Assembly (NCBI RefSeq): GCF_006345805.1
Contig: NC_043006.1
Coordinates: forward strand, 50,096,001-50,160,000
DNA length: 64,000 bases
Direction: 5' to 3'
From: Octopus sinensis
Taxonomy: Eukaryota
In this document: positions 11,287 through 23,984 of the stretch, piece by piece
How the letters are laid out: every line of letters starts with the position of its first letter
Numbering within the stretch: the first letter of the stretch is position 1
Position numbers and translations under genes: made by a program
Notes under the pieces: model-generated
Told to the model about the DNA's origin: nothing
The model's input: only the letters and a program-made list of their open reading frames with translations
Database searches by the model: none

Positions 11287-11460
11287 GTATACTACGACAT
11301 GTATGAAAGAGTGAAGGAACCAATACCAAACAGCAAGTATTCCAGTCAAGAAACGAATGAAGAATTGGTGCGTAAACAGTCTGAAGAAGCTGCTGTGGCA
11401 GCTGCGAATCTTTTGGCTGATGACAGCGACATAAATGTTAAACAGGAGATGGAAACATGA
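11287..11460 (+). CDS. TFPT: Terminal coding exon of the TFPT-like gene (VYYDMYERVKE...INVKQEMET*)
   Basis: Acceptor aaaaaaaaacag|GTA, phase 0. It completes HMG helix 3 (KQ|VYYDMYER), followed by an acidic tail and TGA at 11458-11460. Confidence 0.8.
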   Translation, partial: VYYDMYERVKEPIPNSKYSSQETNEELVRKQSEEAAVAAANLLADDSDINVKQEMET

Positions 11461-12117
11461 AAGGTGATGCTTGAGTGATTGCTTTGCATGTGACTGTAAA
11501 TGGGTGAGTGTGTGTGTGTGTGTGTGTGTGTGCATGGTTGGGGATTGTGTTGCAATTGAGGTGTACCCTCCACACACACACACACACATACACTCAAACA
11601 CAAATTCATAAAAAATAGTATGCATACATATATATATATATGTGTGTGTGTGTGTGTATATATATGTGTGTATATATATGTGTATATATATATATGCACA
11701 TACACATATTTTGCCTATTTATATATACATGACTGCATGCATATGTATGTAATTTTATATATTTATATATTCACACTAACATGAGCACTTATGTATACAT
11801 ACACACATGTATACATATATGTATACGTACATTGTGTATATATATTTAAGTATATAGTTATGTGTGTATATATATATATGTATACATATATATATGGAAA
11901 ACGGACGTTAAATGATAATGATGATATATATATATATATATATATAATAATAATAATATTAGGGAGTATAACTCCAAACTTACCGGGAAAAATTCAATCT
12001 AGTATTAAATCAAATTTCACAATATAAATATATAAAGTATAAATTAGAGATAATTCCACTATTATGCAATTCAAACAATGATAGACATAAACCAAATCAT
12101 AAATAAAAAATAAAATA

Positions 12118-12503
12118 TCTTTATATATAAAAGTGAGGTTGTGTGCTGTCTGTCTCCTACGATTTAGATTCCTAACTACTCCCACATTTTGCGGTGCAGT
12201 TTAACCAAAACCGGGTATCTTATAGTCGTGATTCATATCGAGCCCTTCTGGGTATTAGCATGAGTCTACGATTTAAAAAAAAATTTACCATCAATTTTTC
12301 TCATTTTTAATGCATTTTTGGCATATATAAGGGAAGTAACTCTCTAAAAATTTATTATTAAATCTCAGAACGTAAAAAGCTACAGTAACCCCCCCCCCTT
12401 TGTGGTTAGCCATATTGAGATTGCTATTATACTTTACGTCTCTAAAAATGCTTATATAGTTATTTCCCTTACAAACCCGAGCAACGCCGGGCGATACTGC
12501 TAG
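12118..12503 (+). mobile_element. Non-autonomous Helitron (386 bp)
   Basis: 5' TC, 3' hairpin cccgagcaacgccggg followed by CTAG, inserted between A12117 and T12504 with no TSD. Confidence 0.85.
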
Positions 12504-12705
12504 TATTTTTATAAAACATATAACTAGATCACAAAAAGTATAAAAATCAATATATAATGTATAATAATCAATATATAATATATTGATTATTCATTTTTAT
12601 ACTTTTTGTGATCTGGTTATATGTTTTATAAAAATATATTTTATTTGTTATTCATGTCTATCATTGTTTGAATTGCATAATAATGGTTTTATCTCTAATT
12701 TATAT

Positions 12706-12742
<37 letters not shown>

Positions 12743-14650
12743 ATACATACACACACATATGGGTATATATAAATTCACGCACACTGACTTACACTCAGCA
12801 TTGTTATTAAGTCTTGCTTGAAGTTAGTCTGAATCTTCTGAAGTTTACTCTACCCTGGTTTGTGTCACCCTGAACAAAAATTTGCTTTAATTTTGGTCAT
12901 CATCAACCACAAGCCTTGCTTAGTTTTAGTAGAAGAAAAGAGTTAAAAAAAAAATTGAAAGAGATAAAAATCTATTTTAATTAAAATATTTTCCTTCTCT
13001 GGAATGTCAGAATTGGAAGGGAAGAACTGTATGTAAAGTATTTTATATTATTATGTTGGCATATGGCGAGCAAATTTGTAATATTGGGTGCATAGTTGTC
13101 TGAATCTACACCAGTTCATGCTTGTTACTTCCATTTTATTTACCTTCAAGTGATGTAATTGTCAAATTTGAATCTTGGCACCAAGCTCAAAATTGACTTT
13201 GATATGAAAATTGATTTTGATCTCAACATGGGGCAAATTTAATTTCAATATGAATGTTCAATATTACCCTGACATAAAAGTCAGATTCAATCAAACAGAG
13301 CTAGAAAAGTCATATTTAGCTTTGATCTGGAAGTCAAATTTGGATTTACATGTGAGGGTCAAATTCAACCTTTGGATGAGTTCCATTTGATCTTGACATA
13401 CTTTAAATTTGAGCTTTGAATCAAAGGATTGGAATTAAATACTGAAAGATGTTTAGTGTGGTGCATTTACTGTTTTCTAACACAGTAACAACCGTTTAAT
13501 GATATCAAAATAATATATAATAACGAGGTCTGTGGATTTAACAGATATGGTAAAATTCCTGGGTAAATGTCTTAAAGTACTTTCACTTTTGTTTCTACAA
13601 CATTCTGACTGCTGCAAAATATGTTGTTGTTGGGTGAAGCCACCTCTCCTGTGTGGCATGGATACTGGAAAACAAAAGGAACTTAGATATTGATTTAGAT
13701 GATCTACAAATTTTCAACCATATGCTAAGATATATATATATATATATATGTGCATGCATGCAAAAAACAAGTATTATTATATAAGTGAGAAAATTGTGTG
13801 AGGGCAAAAACAAATGATTTTTGAGAAAAAACAGAATAAAGGAAAAATTTCTATTTAATTACTATAAAAATGTTAAAAGAAATTAATAATTTTTAAAAAA
13901 TCACAAAAATAATGAAAATACAAAAAAAGCCCAAAAAACAATGACTTCACCTCAATTTTTTATAGTATTTATTCATATTAGAGATTTTTTGATGGTGTAT
14001 ATATATATATATATATATATATGTTATACACTAAAATTTCAACACAGTGTTGTTTTCAATACTTGCATATATGAATTTATATACATAATGTTTACTAAAA
14101 CCTGTTTAGTCTCACTGTGAGCCAATCACAGAAGTTTTGCTAGGAGATTTGAAAGTCCCTTTAGCATTAATATAATCTGAGGTCAGCTGAACTATGTATG
14201 TTTCTGTCTTCCCAAACACTTCTTATTTGTTTGCCACTGCTTTCATTCACTTCCCTACTGCATTACATTGCCCCAACCCTTACTCCACAACGGCTCAGGG
14301 ATTCCATGATAGCTGGTCTACAACCCTGCTGTTCAAACAGCCAGCCGTCCAAATCAACCCTGGCAGTTGAACTAGGTATATCTGGACAATTGGACAGGAT
14401 TAACATTTTGTGGTGCCATTTTTAGCACATCATTCTTTCATCATTTGATATATATATATATATATATATATCAAAAGATATTCCCAGCAAAGATAGTATT
14501 AAAAAGGTAAAAATAAAAAAATTGTCAATACAAAAAAATATAAATTTTATATATTATTTTAATGCTAAAGGAATCTTTGGATCACTCCTTCACATCCAGA
14601 CTAAATGTATGTTTATTAGTCACATTGTATATAATTTTACATATGCAGTC

Positions 14651-14694
<44 letters not shown>

Positions 14695-16159
14695 GTATGT
14701 ATGTACTTTCTTTCTTACTTTATTAATTTATTAGAAATGTTGTGCAGCAGAAATGTGGTGTAGTTAAAATTCCTTGCAAGCCAAGGTTGTTTTCCATTTG
14801 TTACTTTCATTCTTCAGTTAAATTCCCATTTCATTTCATTTCTCAATTAATATTACTAATTGCTGCTGTGAATGCAAAAGTTTTCATTTCAATTGCCACT
14901 GATGTCATCTCTGGCTCAACCACCAAGATCCACTGGTTAGAGCCTTTGTGTGGCATTCAATATGTTGAAAATAGCAACCAATTTTATGTTGTCTGGGAAA
15001 AAAAAAAGACAAAAACAAAATGTCTGAAAGGCTGGATGGTTATGGCTGGAAAGCTTAGGTCTGACAAGGCCAGCATAGTTATTAGCAACAACAATAAATA
15101 CCAGACGAGATATTTCCTGGTATTTTGTGGTCTTCTGACAATAATAATAATTATAATGATAAAAATAATTATTAATTGTTATGACATCAGCATGTCAGCC
15201 AAAATGCTTAGTTATATTTTCCCTTCTCTTTACAGTCTTAGTTCAAATTCTGCCAAAGGTCCACTTTGCCTTTCATCCTTTTGGGTTTGGTAAAAGTAGC
15301 ATTTGATCCCTAGGGATCAGTGTAATTGACTTACCCTCTCCTTAAACTTTTATTTCTGATTTTGGCACAAGGCCAGCGAATTTGAGGGGATAGTCAGAAG
15401 TAAGTCAATTACATCAACCTTTTATAGGCCCCAAAAGGATGAAAGGCAAAGTTGACCTTAGCAGGTTTTGAACTCAAAATGTAAAGAGTTGGAAGAAATA
15501 CTGCAAGGCATTTTATCTGCCGTTCAAACTATTCTACAAATCCATTGTTCTCTCAATTGTAGTAATAATACTCATACTAATATTATAGAATTGTTTTTTT
15601 AATTCATATTTTCTTTCCCATTTGCTGGTTCATCCTGGATTTTTAATGCTCCAATTTCAGAAAATGTTTCTATTTTCTTGTAATATAAATTTTAGAAAAA
15701 GAAAAAAAAAATGAAATAAAAAAATGGTAAATAAAAAACAATGAATAAAAAAGCAATTAATTTTGTGTCCCTTTTTTTTATTTTCAAAATAATATTGTTG
15801 ATTTATGAGTTTTTAATGGGCTCTTTATTAGCTAATTGCATTTCATTTGCAGTAGAGAAACCATTTAGCCAAATGTACCGTGAAGTTGGTCAGGGCCCAA
15901 AAATCACTTAGTTCTGAGATGCACTTTTTAGTACACACCATGTCGGCACTCCTTGATTGAAATCTACTTGAGGCCACTTTTGCTTCTCCAATACAAATTT
16001 GTTTTTTAAAGTGATCGAAATTAAAATCTTTTATCAGAATTTCATATTAATTTATATTCCTAACGTTAGCTTAATATTGACCAAGTTGTTTTAATCAAGT
16101 CTTCATTATTTTCAATTGAAGCAAAGGCAAGGCAGTGTATTTCAATAAAATAAAGATAA

Positions 16160-16447
16160 ATGTCATCCTTTTCAAGCCTAGCCAGGCTCATGGGCTCGGT
16201 TTCCGTGGTGTATGTATTTCCCCTTGCTGGACGAGACACCAGACCATCGCAGCTTTACTCAAGAAACAGAAAGAGAGAGTGAGAGAAAGTTGTGGCAAAA
16301 GAGTACAACAGGAGTCATCACCGGAGCCTCATGGAGCTTTTAGGTGTTCGCTCAATAAACACACCCAACGCCTGGTCTGGGAATCAAAACTGCAATCCTC
16401 TGACCGCGAGTCTACTGCCTTAACAACTGGGCCATTGCGCCTCCACT
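16160..16447 (-). mobile_element. tRNA-derived SINE, family B (ggaggcgcaatggcccagtggttagggcagcgg...)
   Basis: Related copies at about 20070-20365, 28563-28810 and 53677-53962. This copy is CpG-decayed. Confidence 0.8.
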
Positions 16448-16496
16448 TTCAATAAAATTATTGTAACAAAAATGTGAATTAAATACTTTCTACCTC

Positions 16497-16720
16497 AGAA
16501 AGGCTGTGAGCTGGCAGAATTGTTAGCATGCCAGGCAAAATGCTTAGCAGCCTCTCTTCCAAGCTTCATGTTCTGAGTTCAAATGCTGCTGAGGTTGTTT
16601 TTGCATTTAATTCCTTCCGTATTCAAAAAAATAAGTACCAGTTGAGTACTGGGGGTCGATGTAATCAACTTCCCTCCCCATCAAAATTGCTGGCCATATG
16701 CCATAAATTGGAAAATTTTC
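16497..16720 (+). mobile_element. Deu/Nin-domain SINE (degenerate)
   Basis: Matches the 30083 family (gagctggcagaa...aagtaccagttgagtactggggg), with most CpGs mutated. Confidence 0.7.
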
Positions 16721-17828
16721 AACCATACACCATGTGGTAACTATCTGTGTCTGAGGCGATGGAGTATTTCATTCAAACAATTTGTATCAGTCCACACTGT
16801 AAAGTGGTTGGTGTTCATAAGGGCATTCAGCTGTAAAAACCTTGTCAAAAGTGACCTCGCCTGGGCTTGTGCCACATAAAAAGCACTAAGTCCAGTCTGC
16901 TGAGTGGTTGGTGTCAGGAAGGGAATCTTGCCATAACAGTCACAGAAGCCTGGTGCAGGCTTTGGCCTGGCTGGTTCTTGTGGTACCATCCCACCCATGC
17001 TAGCATGGAATATGGACATTAGATAATGATGATAATGTATCAGGTTTCTAGTGGGGGCATTGCATCTTTGACACAAACGTTGAATCTTTCATTACCATAG
17101 TAGATATGAACGAATGAGGGAATCTCTACATATTTACCCAAGTTGTTAGAAATGACAATCAAATCTTCAACTCACTCTATTGTCTTAAGAACATAGGATG
17201 ATGTAGATCTGGATATATCTCTTAATGTAATGCAGGATAATCATGATTGAATTGCCTTTAGTTTTATAAATCTGTTAGGTCTAAACAAGGAATACAAAAG
17301 TAAAATTTCTGGTAATTGGAGTTGACTATGTATATGTACATCTATGTGCAGGCCTGGGCAAGGCTTATTTTGTGGAAGATTAACTGCTACCCATATATGA
17401 AAGTGCGTGTCCTTTCCTCACGCCATCGAATATAGAAATGAGAAAGGCAATGCGCTAACAGACCTGCTCTAGATTGGTAATTTTTATCGACTTCGATATA
17501 AGGATATATAGAGAAGTTGACCTCAGCGTGACTTGAACTAAGAACACTGAGTTGGATCAAATACCATAAGCCATTCTTTCAATGCTCTACGACTGTGCCT
17601 GTTCATCTCCTTCACAACAAATACATAAACACACACATCACAGGTTCAGTGAGTATGTAGGGGGAACCTCGAGTCAACCTTTTTGAGAGGTGGGCCGTAT
17701 GAAACATAACGCATCATTATGTGGTCTGCACAACTAAAGAAGTCTGAGTTAACTTTTCATTAGGTGTGCCATTCAGAAAGTCCTGCGGGTCCGCAGGTTG
17801 TCCACAGCCACTCTAGACGTTCACTCAA

Positions 17829-18025
17829 CTTGACTGCGGCCATGCTGGAGCACCGCCTTTTAGTCGAAGAAATCGACCCCAGGACTTATTCTTTGTAAGC
17901 CTAGTACTTATTCTGTCGGGTTCTTTAGCTGAGCTGCTTAGTTACGGGGACGTAAACACATCAACATCGGTTGTCAAGCGATGGTGGAGGGACAAACACA
18001 GACACACAAACATACACATACATAC

Positions 18026-18062
<37 letters not shown>

Positions 18063-18250
18063 CATATATATATATATATATACACACACGACAGGCTTCT
18101 TTCAGTTTCCGTTTACGATATCCACTCAAGGCTTTAGTCTGCCCGAGGCTATAGTAGAAGACACTTGCCCAAGGTCCCTCGCAGTGGGACGGAACCTGGA
18201 ACCATATGGTTGGTAAGCAAGCTACTTACCATTCAGCCACTCCTGCGCCT
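17829..18250 (-). mobile_element. SINE family A
   Basis: Reverse complement of the family-A head, microsatellite and tail; CpGs largely intact. Confidence 0.85.
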
Positions 18251-18251
18251 G

Positions 18252-19367
18252 AAAAATATGGGACGCTTCACGAATTTGCGTTTCATCCTTGCGCAGGGGA
18301 TGAAACTTAAGAAACTTTTCTTCAGATGCATCAAGCATCTTCTGAGCAAACTTGGTTGTACTCCTTAGACTGAAACCATTTCTCTTCACAAAACGGAAGC
18401 ACTAGATGGGTGTGCCTTTAAAATCAGTTGTCTCTTCTGTCTCTTGTCCTTTCCCTTTGCTCTTTGTTTTTTTTATCTCCTAAGCAATTCTTCTTCCTTG
18501 ATCGATAAGGATCTTTGTCGAAACAAATGCATCAGTTTGCATTTAGCTTTCGACCCAGTGCTTGTCTTTTTCCTCCAGATTTGGCCACCTCGCCTTTTAG
18601 CCTCGTGCTGCTCTCTTCATCCTTGGCATCTGTAAAAGTTCGTCTTTGTGCTTTCTCCACAGTCCAATCATGGCAGCCATAGGAGGAGCCCCAAACTGTC
18701 TTGCTCCAGCTTTATTTCCATGCTTCTCTGCAAACTGAGTCACTTTCAATTTGAAATTCGCTTTTTATTCTCGGACATTTTTACGCTAATAGGAAACAAA
18801 AATCTTTAAAAAAAAGGAGTAATGCAAGATCAATTTAAATAACAGTAGAAAATACCTAAGATGGTGTCTCAGTTGAATTTCAATATTTGGTTATGCTACA
18901 TTCACGCCTGTTTCAGCGTGAGCTGCATTACCATATAAGGCCTTTGAGCATGCTTGCTGTTTCTGATAGGTTGTATGATCTCCATGTGCAGCCTGGGTTT
19001 TTCAAAAAAGTGTTAATGTTTGCACTTGCGTGTTCGCTCGCAATTTGAAATAAAATATAGAACTTTCGTGTTAATACACAAATACAAATTTAACAGTCTC
19101 AATGAGCACGAGTAAGTACTCTTTGGCAGACGATTGTCGTTCATGATGTCCACTTTATGCGCATGCCGTTGCTTGACGAACGGATAGTGACTCATCCAAT
19201 AGGACGTCGCAACCCGTGGGTGTTAGCCTGAGGCTTGCGATGCTGTAAGTCATGGAGATTTGAGATTCGAGGAATTAAGTAATTTATTAATATCTATAAT
19301 ACTCCCATATTTTTTAACCTAATTTTTGATAAAAAAAAAAGGGTTCCTTATACACGTTAAAATACGG
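18252..19367 (-). pseudogene. pogo/POGK-like DNA transposon relic (Brinker-type DBD plus CENP-B HTH, with stops and a frameshift)
   Basis: The minus strand from 18778 reads KVTQFAEKHGNKAGARQFG...WRKHKDEL...ARWPNLEE...FVKRNGFSLRSTTKFAQK. One terminus, TA-CCGTATTTTAACGTGTATAAG, lies at about 19345-19369. Confidence 0.75.
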
Positions 19368-20069
19368 TACATACACAATAATGACGGGATCTGTACGTGC
19401 TTATTCAACCTGGTCGAAATAATACCTTGATCTTTCTCCAATGGATAGTGTTCTCGTAATTACACTGGATAATGTAGTAACTGAGATGTATTATCTACGA
19501 CAACACTACAAAAGTACCAAGAGCAGCGGATTCGCGACACTAAAAGCAGGTCGGGGAGGATACTTTACTGAGGTTGCCCTGGTTCTTTGAATTTTGACAG
19601 CGATATGTGTGATGACCTTAAAATGGTGGCCTTTTCTTTGGATAAACATCGGTGGCGTGAACAGGGGAGACTTGTAATGCTTAGACTACCATTAGACTTC
19701 CTCAGAAAAATCTAGTTCATGTTTGCACATAAGGCATGGCTGTGTGATAAAGAAGCTCGTTTAACAGCCACGTAGTTTCGGGTTCAGTCTCATTGTGCAG
19801 TACTTTGGATGAATATCTTTTACTCTAGCCCCGGATCGACCAATTTGATAGACGCAAACTGTGTGAAAGTCCGTTGTGTCTGTGTGTTAAGTCACTTGTA
19901 GAACTATCTTTGCAGACAAGAGAAAAAAAGAGGAAAAATCAAGGACACTACGACGACCAATCCTGAGCAGCCTACCTTCCCACGTAGCTTTTGTTATCAA
20001 TTTGTTTCTCCCGAATCAGACTCGTTGGGCATCAGCAAACCTGCAACAGACATTTTATTATATATTCGC

Positions 20070-20365
20070 CCTTTTCAAGCCTAGCCAGGCTCATGGGCCC
20101 GGTTTCTGTGGCGTATGTGTTCCCCACCAGCTGGACGGGACGCCAGTCCATCGCAGCGTTTCTCAAGAAACAGGAAGAAAGAGTGAGAGAAAGTTGGGGC
20201 GAAATAGTACAACAGGGGTTGCCACCCCCACCCCCCTGCCGGAGCCTCGTGGAGATTTTAGGTGTTTTCGCTCAATAAACACACACAACGCCCGGTTTGG
20301 GAATCGAAACCGCGATCCTCTGACCGCGAGTCCGCCGCCCTAACCACCGGGCCATTGCGCCCCCC
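20070..20365 (-). mobile_element. SINE family B
   Basis: Near-consensus copy with CpGs intact. Confidence 0.85.
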
Positions 20366-22430
20366 ACACAACAGACATGGACGTCCCTTTCTGTAAATCT
20401 TCGCTTGTGAAGCCAAGCCGAGAAGGTGTATGTATCACTGCTTGACAACCGGTGCTGGTTTGTCTATGATCCCGTAACTTAGCGTTTCGGCTAGAGATAT
20501 CCATAGAATAAACACCAGATTTAAAACTAACTACTGGGATCGAATTCGACTAAAGCCTTCAAGGCAGTGCCCCAGCATGGCCACAGTTCAAATTATTGAA
20601 ACGAGTAAAAGCTAAAAGAAACACGTGTAGATGCATGATCAGTATTAACCGACAATGCTCTATAAACGGAGACACATCATGTCTAGAAAAAAGGTGTGTT
20701 GGTCACAATTGGAATGTCTGTTTATAAGGTTGACCAGATGATTAAAAAAAGTCTCGGTGTGTATAGACAACACTTTAATTTTGTACTTAAGTTGGCATTT
20801 ACCCAAGATGAGTTGAGACAACTGCAATTAGTGAATCAACCGCATCACAAAAAGATGATCACGTTCGATGATCACAGGTGACCGACGTAGTGATCATCTA
20901 CCAGTTTTGATTCCAACGACGGGGATCAGTTATCGATTTAAGATCCGAACTAATCTTACTAATAAATTCGAAGCATTTCGTTTTATTTGTTGAAGAATGT
21001 GCAATTTTAAATTCCTCCCATGACAATGTTACCATTAAAAATATAAAAACGATGGCCGGGTCAGCGGAGGAAGAGTGATGTCCATGACGATATTTAAAAG
21101 ATCTTTGAGACTGATTGTTGTGTTAGGTCTAGTGGAAGAACCTGCATCTCCGTATTTGTCCTCAGACGTGATCTGGTCTATGTGCCTCTGCTATAGGTCA
21201 CCCAGGGGTCTGGTGACGCTGCTAAATTGATCGGAACATCAAGTCTACCACACATAAACGAGTACAGTCTAATCAATGTCTATTCATTTTCACTCAAAAC
21301 TTTGGTCGATCTGAGTCTCCGATGGAAGATACTTTCCCCAGATGCTGTGCAGTGGGATTGAACCTGGAACTCAATGATTGCAAAGAGAATATCTTAATCA
21401 CGCAGGCATACTTTTGTCACCAATGAATGACGCGCGTCCTCTACAGCAGGATGTTCATCACTTCTTTGTTTGATGCAATCAAATCTAGAATTAACTGTTG
21501 ACATAGGAACGATTAACTTATGAGATGGAGGAAACACAGTGGCGAAAATACAATCAGCTACCTTCTGGTGTGGATATAAGCCGAAAACCACCTAGCAAAT
21601 GGAAAGACAGCTTCTCAAAAAGAATAACGTGTCAGAAGCTTGAGTTGCATTTAGCATTATTTGTTGGGATGGTCTCTAATGCAATAACCATGTAGTTTTA
21701 CCGGTCTTGCAATGTACAATGAAGACGCAGGGGAATGTCTCCAAACAATATCTTGGAAAGTGCTGTACTTCTAGGCAATATCAGTTTCCACTATATATAT
21801 TGATAGAGGGAAAAAATCTTCATATAATGCTCCTACAATTCAATATTATATGAAACTTGGGAAAATAAAACTAATGCAAATCCATCCTGATCTCATGTAC
21901 CGCACTACCATTTTTCGAGTTTTTCCCTTTTTTGGTTTGCAATCGCACGACAATATTTATATTGGTGATTAAATCTGAAGAGAAAATGTCTGCTGCTCAA
22001 ATGGAAGCATATGACCTGCATTTTTAGTTCTCAGTTGTAAGTTTATTAAGTGAATTAATAATAAAGTTCTTAAATGGGGGCGAAATACGGCTCCGTCGAT
22101 AGCAATTCACTAACACACACACATACACTCACACATACATGCATACACACATACATACATACATACATACATACATACATACATACATACATACATACAT
22201 ACATACATTCGGTTTGAAAGCCAAAAAGCTGGACTTTTCGATCGATGTTTCACATGATATCTGTTCCGCCCGAGTTGACCAGATGTTCCTTGGTCATTCA
22301 CGCCATCAGCAATGCAGTAAATCAGTTCCTGCCCCGTTCGAAACTTGTAACCAACGACGCTCTTCTTCACAAAATGCGATATGGAATAAATTCATAATGA
22401 GCGAAAACAGAATTTAAAATATTTATTTAT

Positions 22431-22752
22431 AGGCGTAGGAGCGGCTGTGTCTTCTTCTATAGCCTTGTGGGTGGATTTGGTAGACAGAAACTGAAAGAAG
22501 CCCGTCGTATATATGTATATATATATGTATGTGTGTGTATATGTTTGTGTGTCTGTGTTTGTCCTCCTAACATCGTTTGACAACCGATGCTGGTGTGTTT
22601 GCATCCCCGTAACTTAGCGGTTCGACAAAAGATACCGATAGAATAAGTACTAGGCTTACAAAGAATAAGTTCTGGGTTCGATTTGTTCGACTAAAGGCAG
22701 TGCTCCAGCATGGTCACAGTCAAAATACTGAAACAAGTAAAAGAGTAAAGAG
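22431..22752 (+). mobile_element. SINE family A with an internal deletion in the head
   Basis: ggagcggctgtg is joined directly to tcttctatagcc; the tail is normal. Confidence 0.8.
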
Positions 22753-23000
22753 TAAATTGTATATAACTATTCATTTAATGAATGTTTTCTTGAGCGAGAG
22801 CACATCACGTTTTAATTTATCATGGCAATCTATCTGTATTAGACCCACCCACCACCACGTTTAGCTGTTAAATATAATATTTTATTCAAAAGTTTAATAA
22901 AACAGTTGAGCCACTGCAATCACTCGATAAAAAATTATACAGTCCTTTCTGTAAAGAAAACAAAAATACACATAATGCATCGAAAATAAGTATTCTAAGC

Positions 23001-23090
23001 TCAGTATTAGGTAGTATTCATAAAGAATTTATTCAGTAAATTTATTCAGCATTAGGTAGTATTCATAAAGAATTTATTCAGTAAATTTAT
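23001..23090. repeat. 45-bp tandem duplication
   Basis: tcag(t/c)attaggtagtattcataaagaatttattcagtaaatttat occurs twice. Confidence 0.85.
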
Positions 23091-23589
23091 CATAAATGCA
23101 CTGAAAGCAATTTACGACAGGGCATGCAATTTGCAAGTCAACGAGTGCATGTTCATTTTGATTGATAACTTTATTTTCTCTCGCTAATCACAAAAATGGA
23201 AAAAAAAAAATTGGAGAAAAAAACTAGAAATATAAACAAAAAAATGCGGCAGATCAATAATAAGAACCATGACATGGCTGTTGCACTTGCATAAGAAAGC
23301 AGACGAATCTCTCTTAGACTCACATGTGTCGAAGTTGACGAGATAATCCATTGTATATATTATAACTAGGCATGTCACAGACATACTGTCTCCTTATTTC
23401 ACCCTTTTTACCTCTGCTATAGAGCTTCTTCGTCACATGGTATCTCCAGTGAAACTATTCACTTCTTATCCTCCTGTCACCCACCATCTGGTTTGGTTTG
23501 AGGTTTCTTTTGCTTGCTTCTGTGATTGCTAGGTTGCTTGTTGTTGTTGTTGAGGTTCATATCGACCTTGATCTAGTAAAAATACATCA

Positions 23590-23832
23590 AAAAGTATTTC
23601 TTATTTCTTTATTGCCCACAAGGGGTAAACATAGAGGAGACAAACAAGGACAGACAAAGGGATTAAGTCGATTAGATCGACCCCAGTGCGTAACTGGTAC
23701 TTAATTTATCGACCCCGAAAGGATGAAAGGCAAAGTCGACCTCGGCGGAATTTGAACTCAGAACGTAACGGCAGACGAAATACCGCTGAGCATTTCGCCC
23801 GGCGTGCTAACGATTCTGCCAGCTCGCCGCCT
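23590..23832 (-). mobile_element. Deu/Nin-domain SINE
   Basis: Reverse complement of the ggcggcgagctggcaga...ccgaggtcgactttgcctttcatcctttcggggtcga family. Confidence 0.85.
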
Positions 23833-23984
23833 TCAATAAGTATTTCTGCGATAAGCAATCCATCTCTTCTTTCCCGTTCCATGCTGGAGATCGGTCCACC
23901 CCACTGACGGTTCCAGTAGCACATACATACATACATACATACATACATACATACATACATACATACATACATACATACATACAT

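Noticed and set aside
13150-13445. Recurring gtcaaatt/ttgatct motifs
   Set aside because: Too degenerate to define a period or assign a function by eye.
14742-15293. 183-aa + strand ORF, and WD40-like snippets on the - strand (CHTKALTSGSW; CHTGEVASPNNNIF at about 13580-13664)
   Set aside because: The ORF runs into low-complexity sequence, and the snippets hit stops and do not form a coherent spliced repeat. They are kept only as acceptor candidates in the CpG finding.
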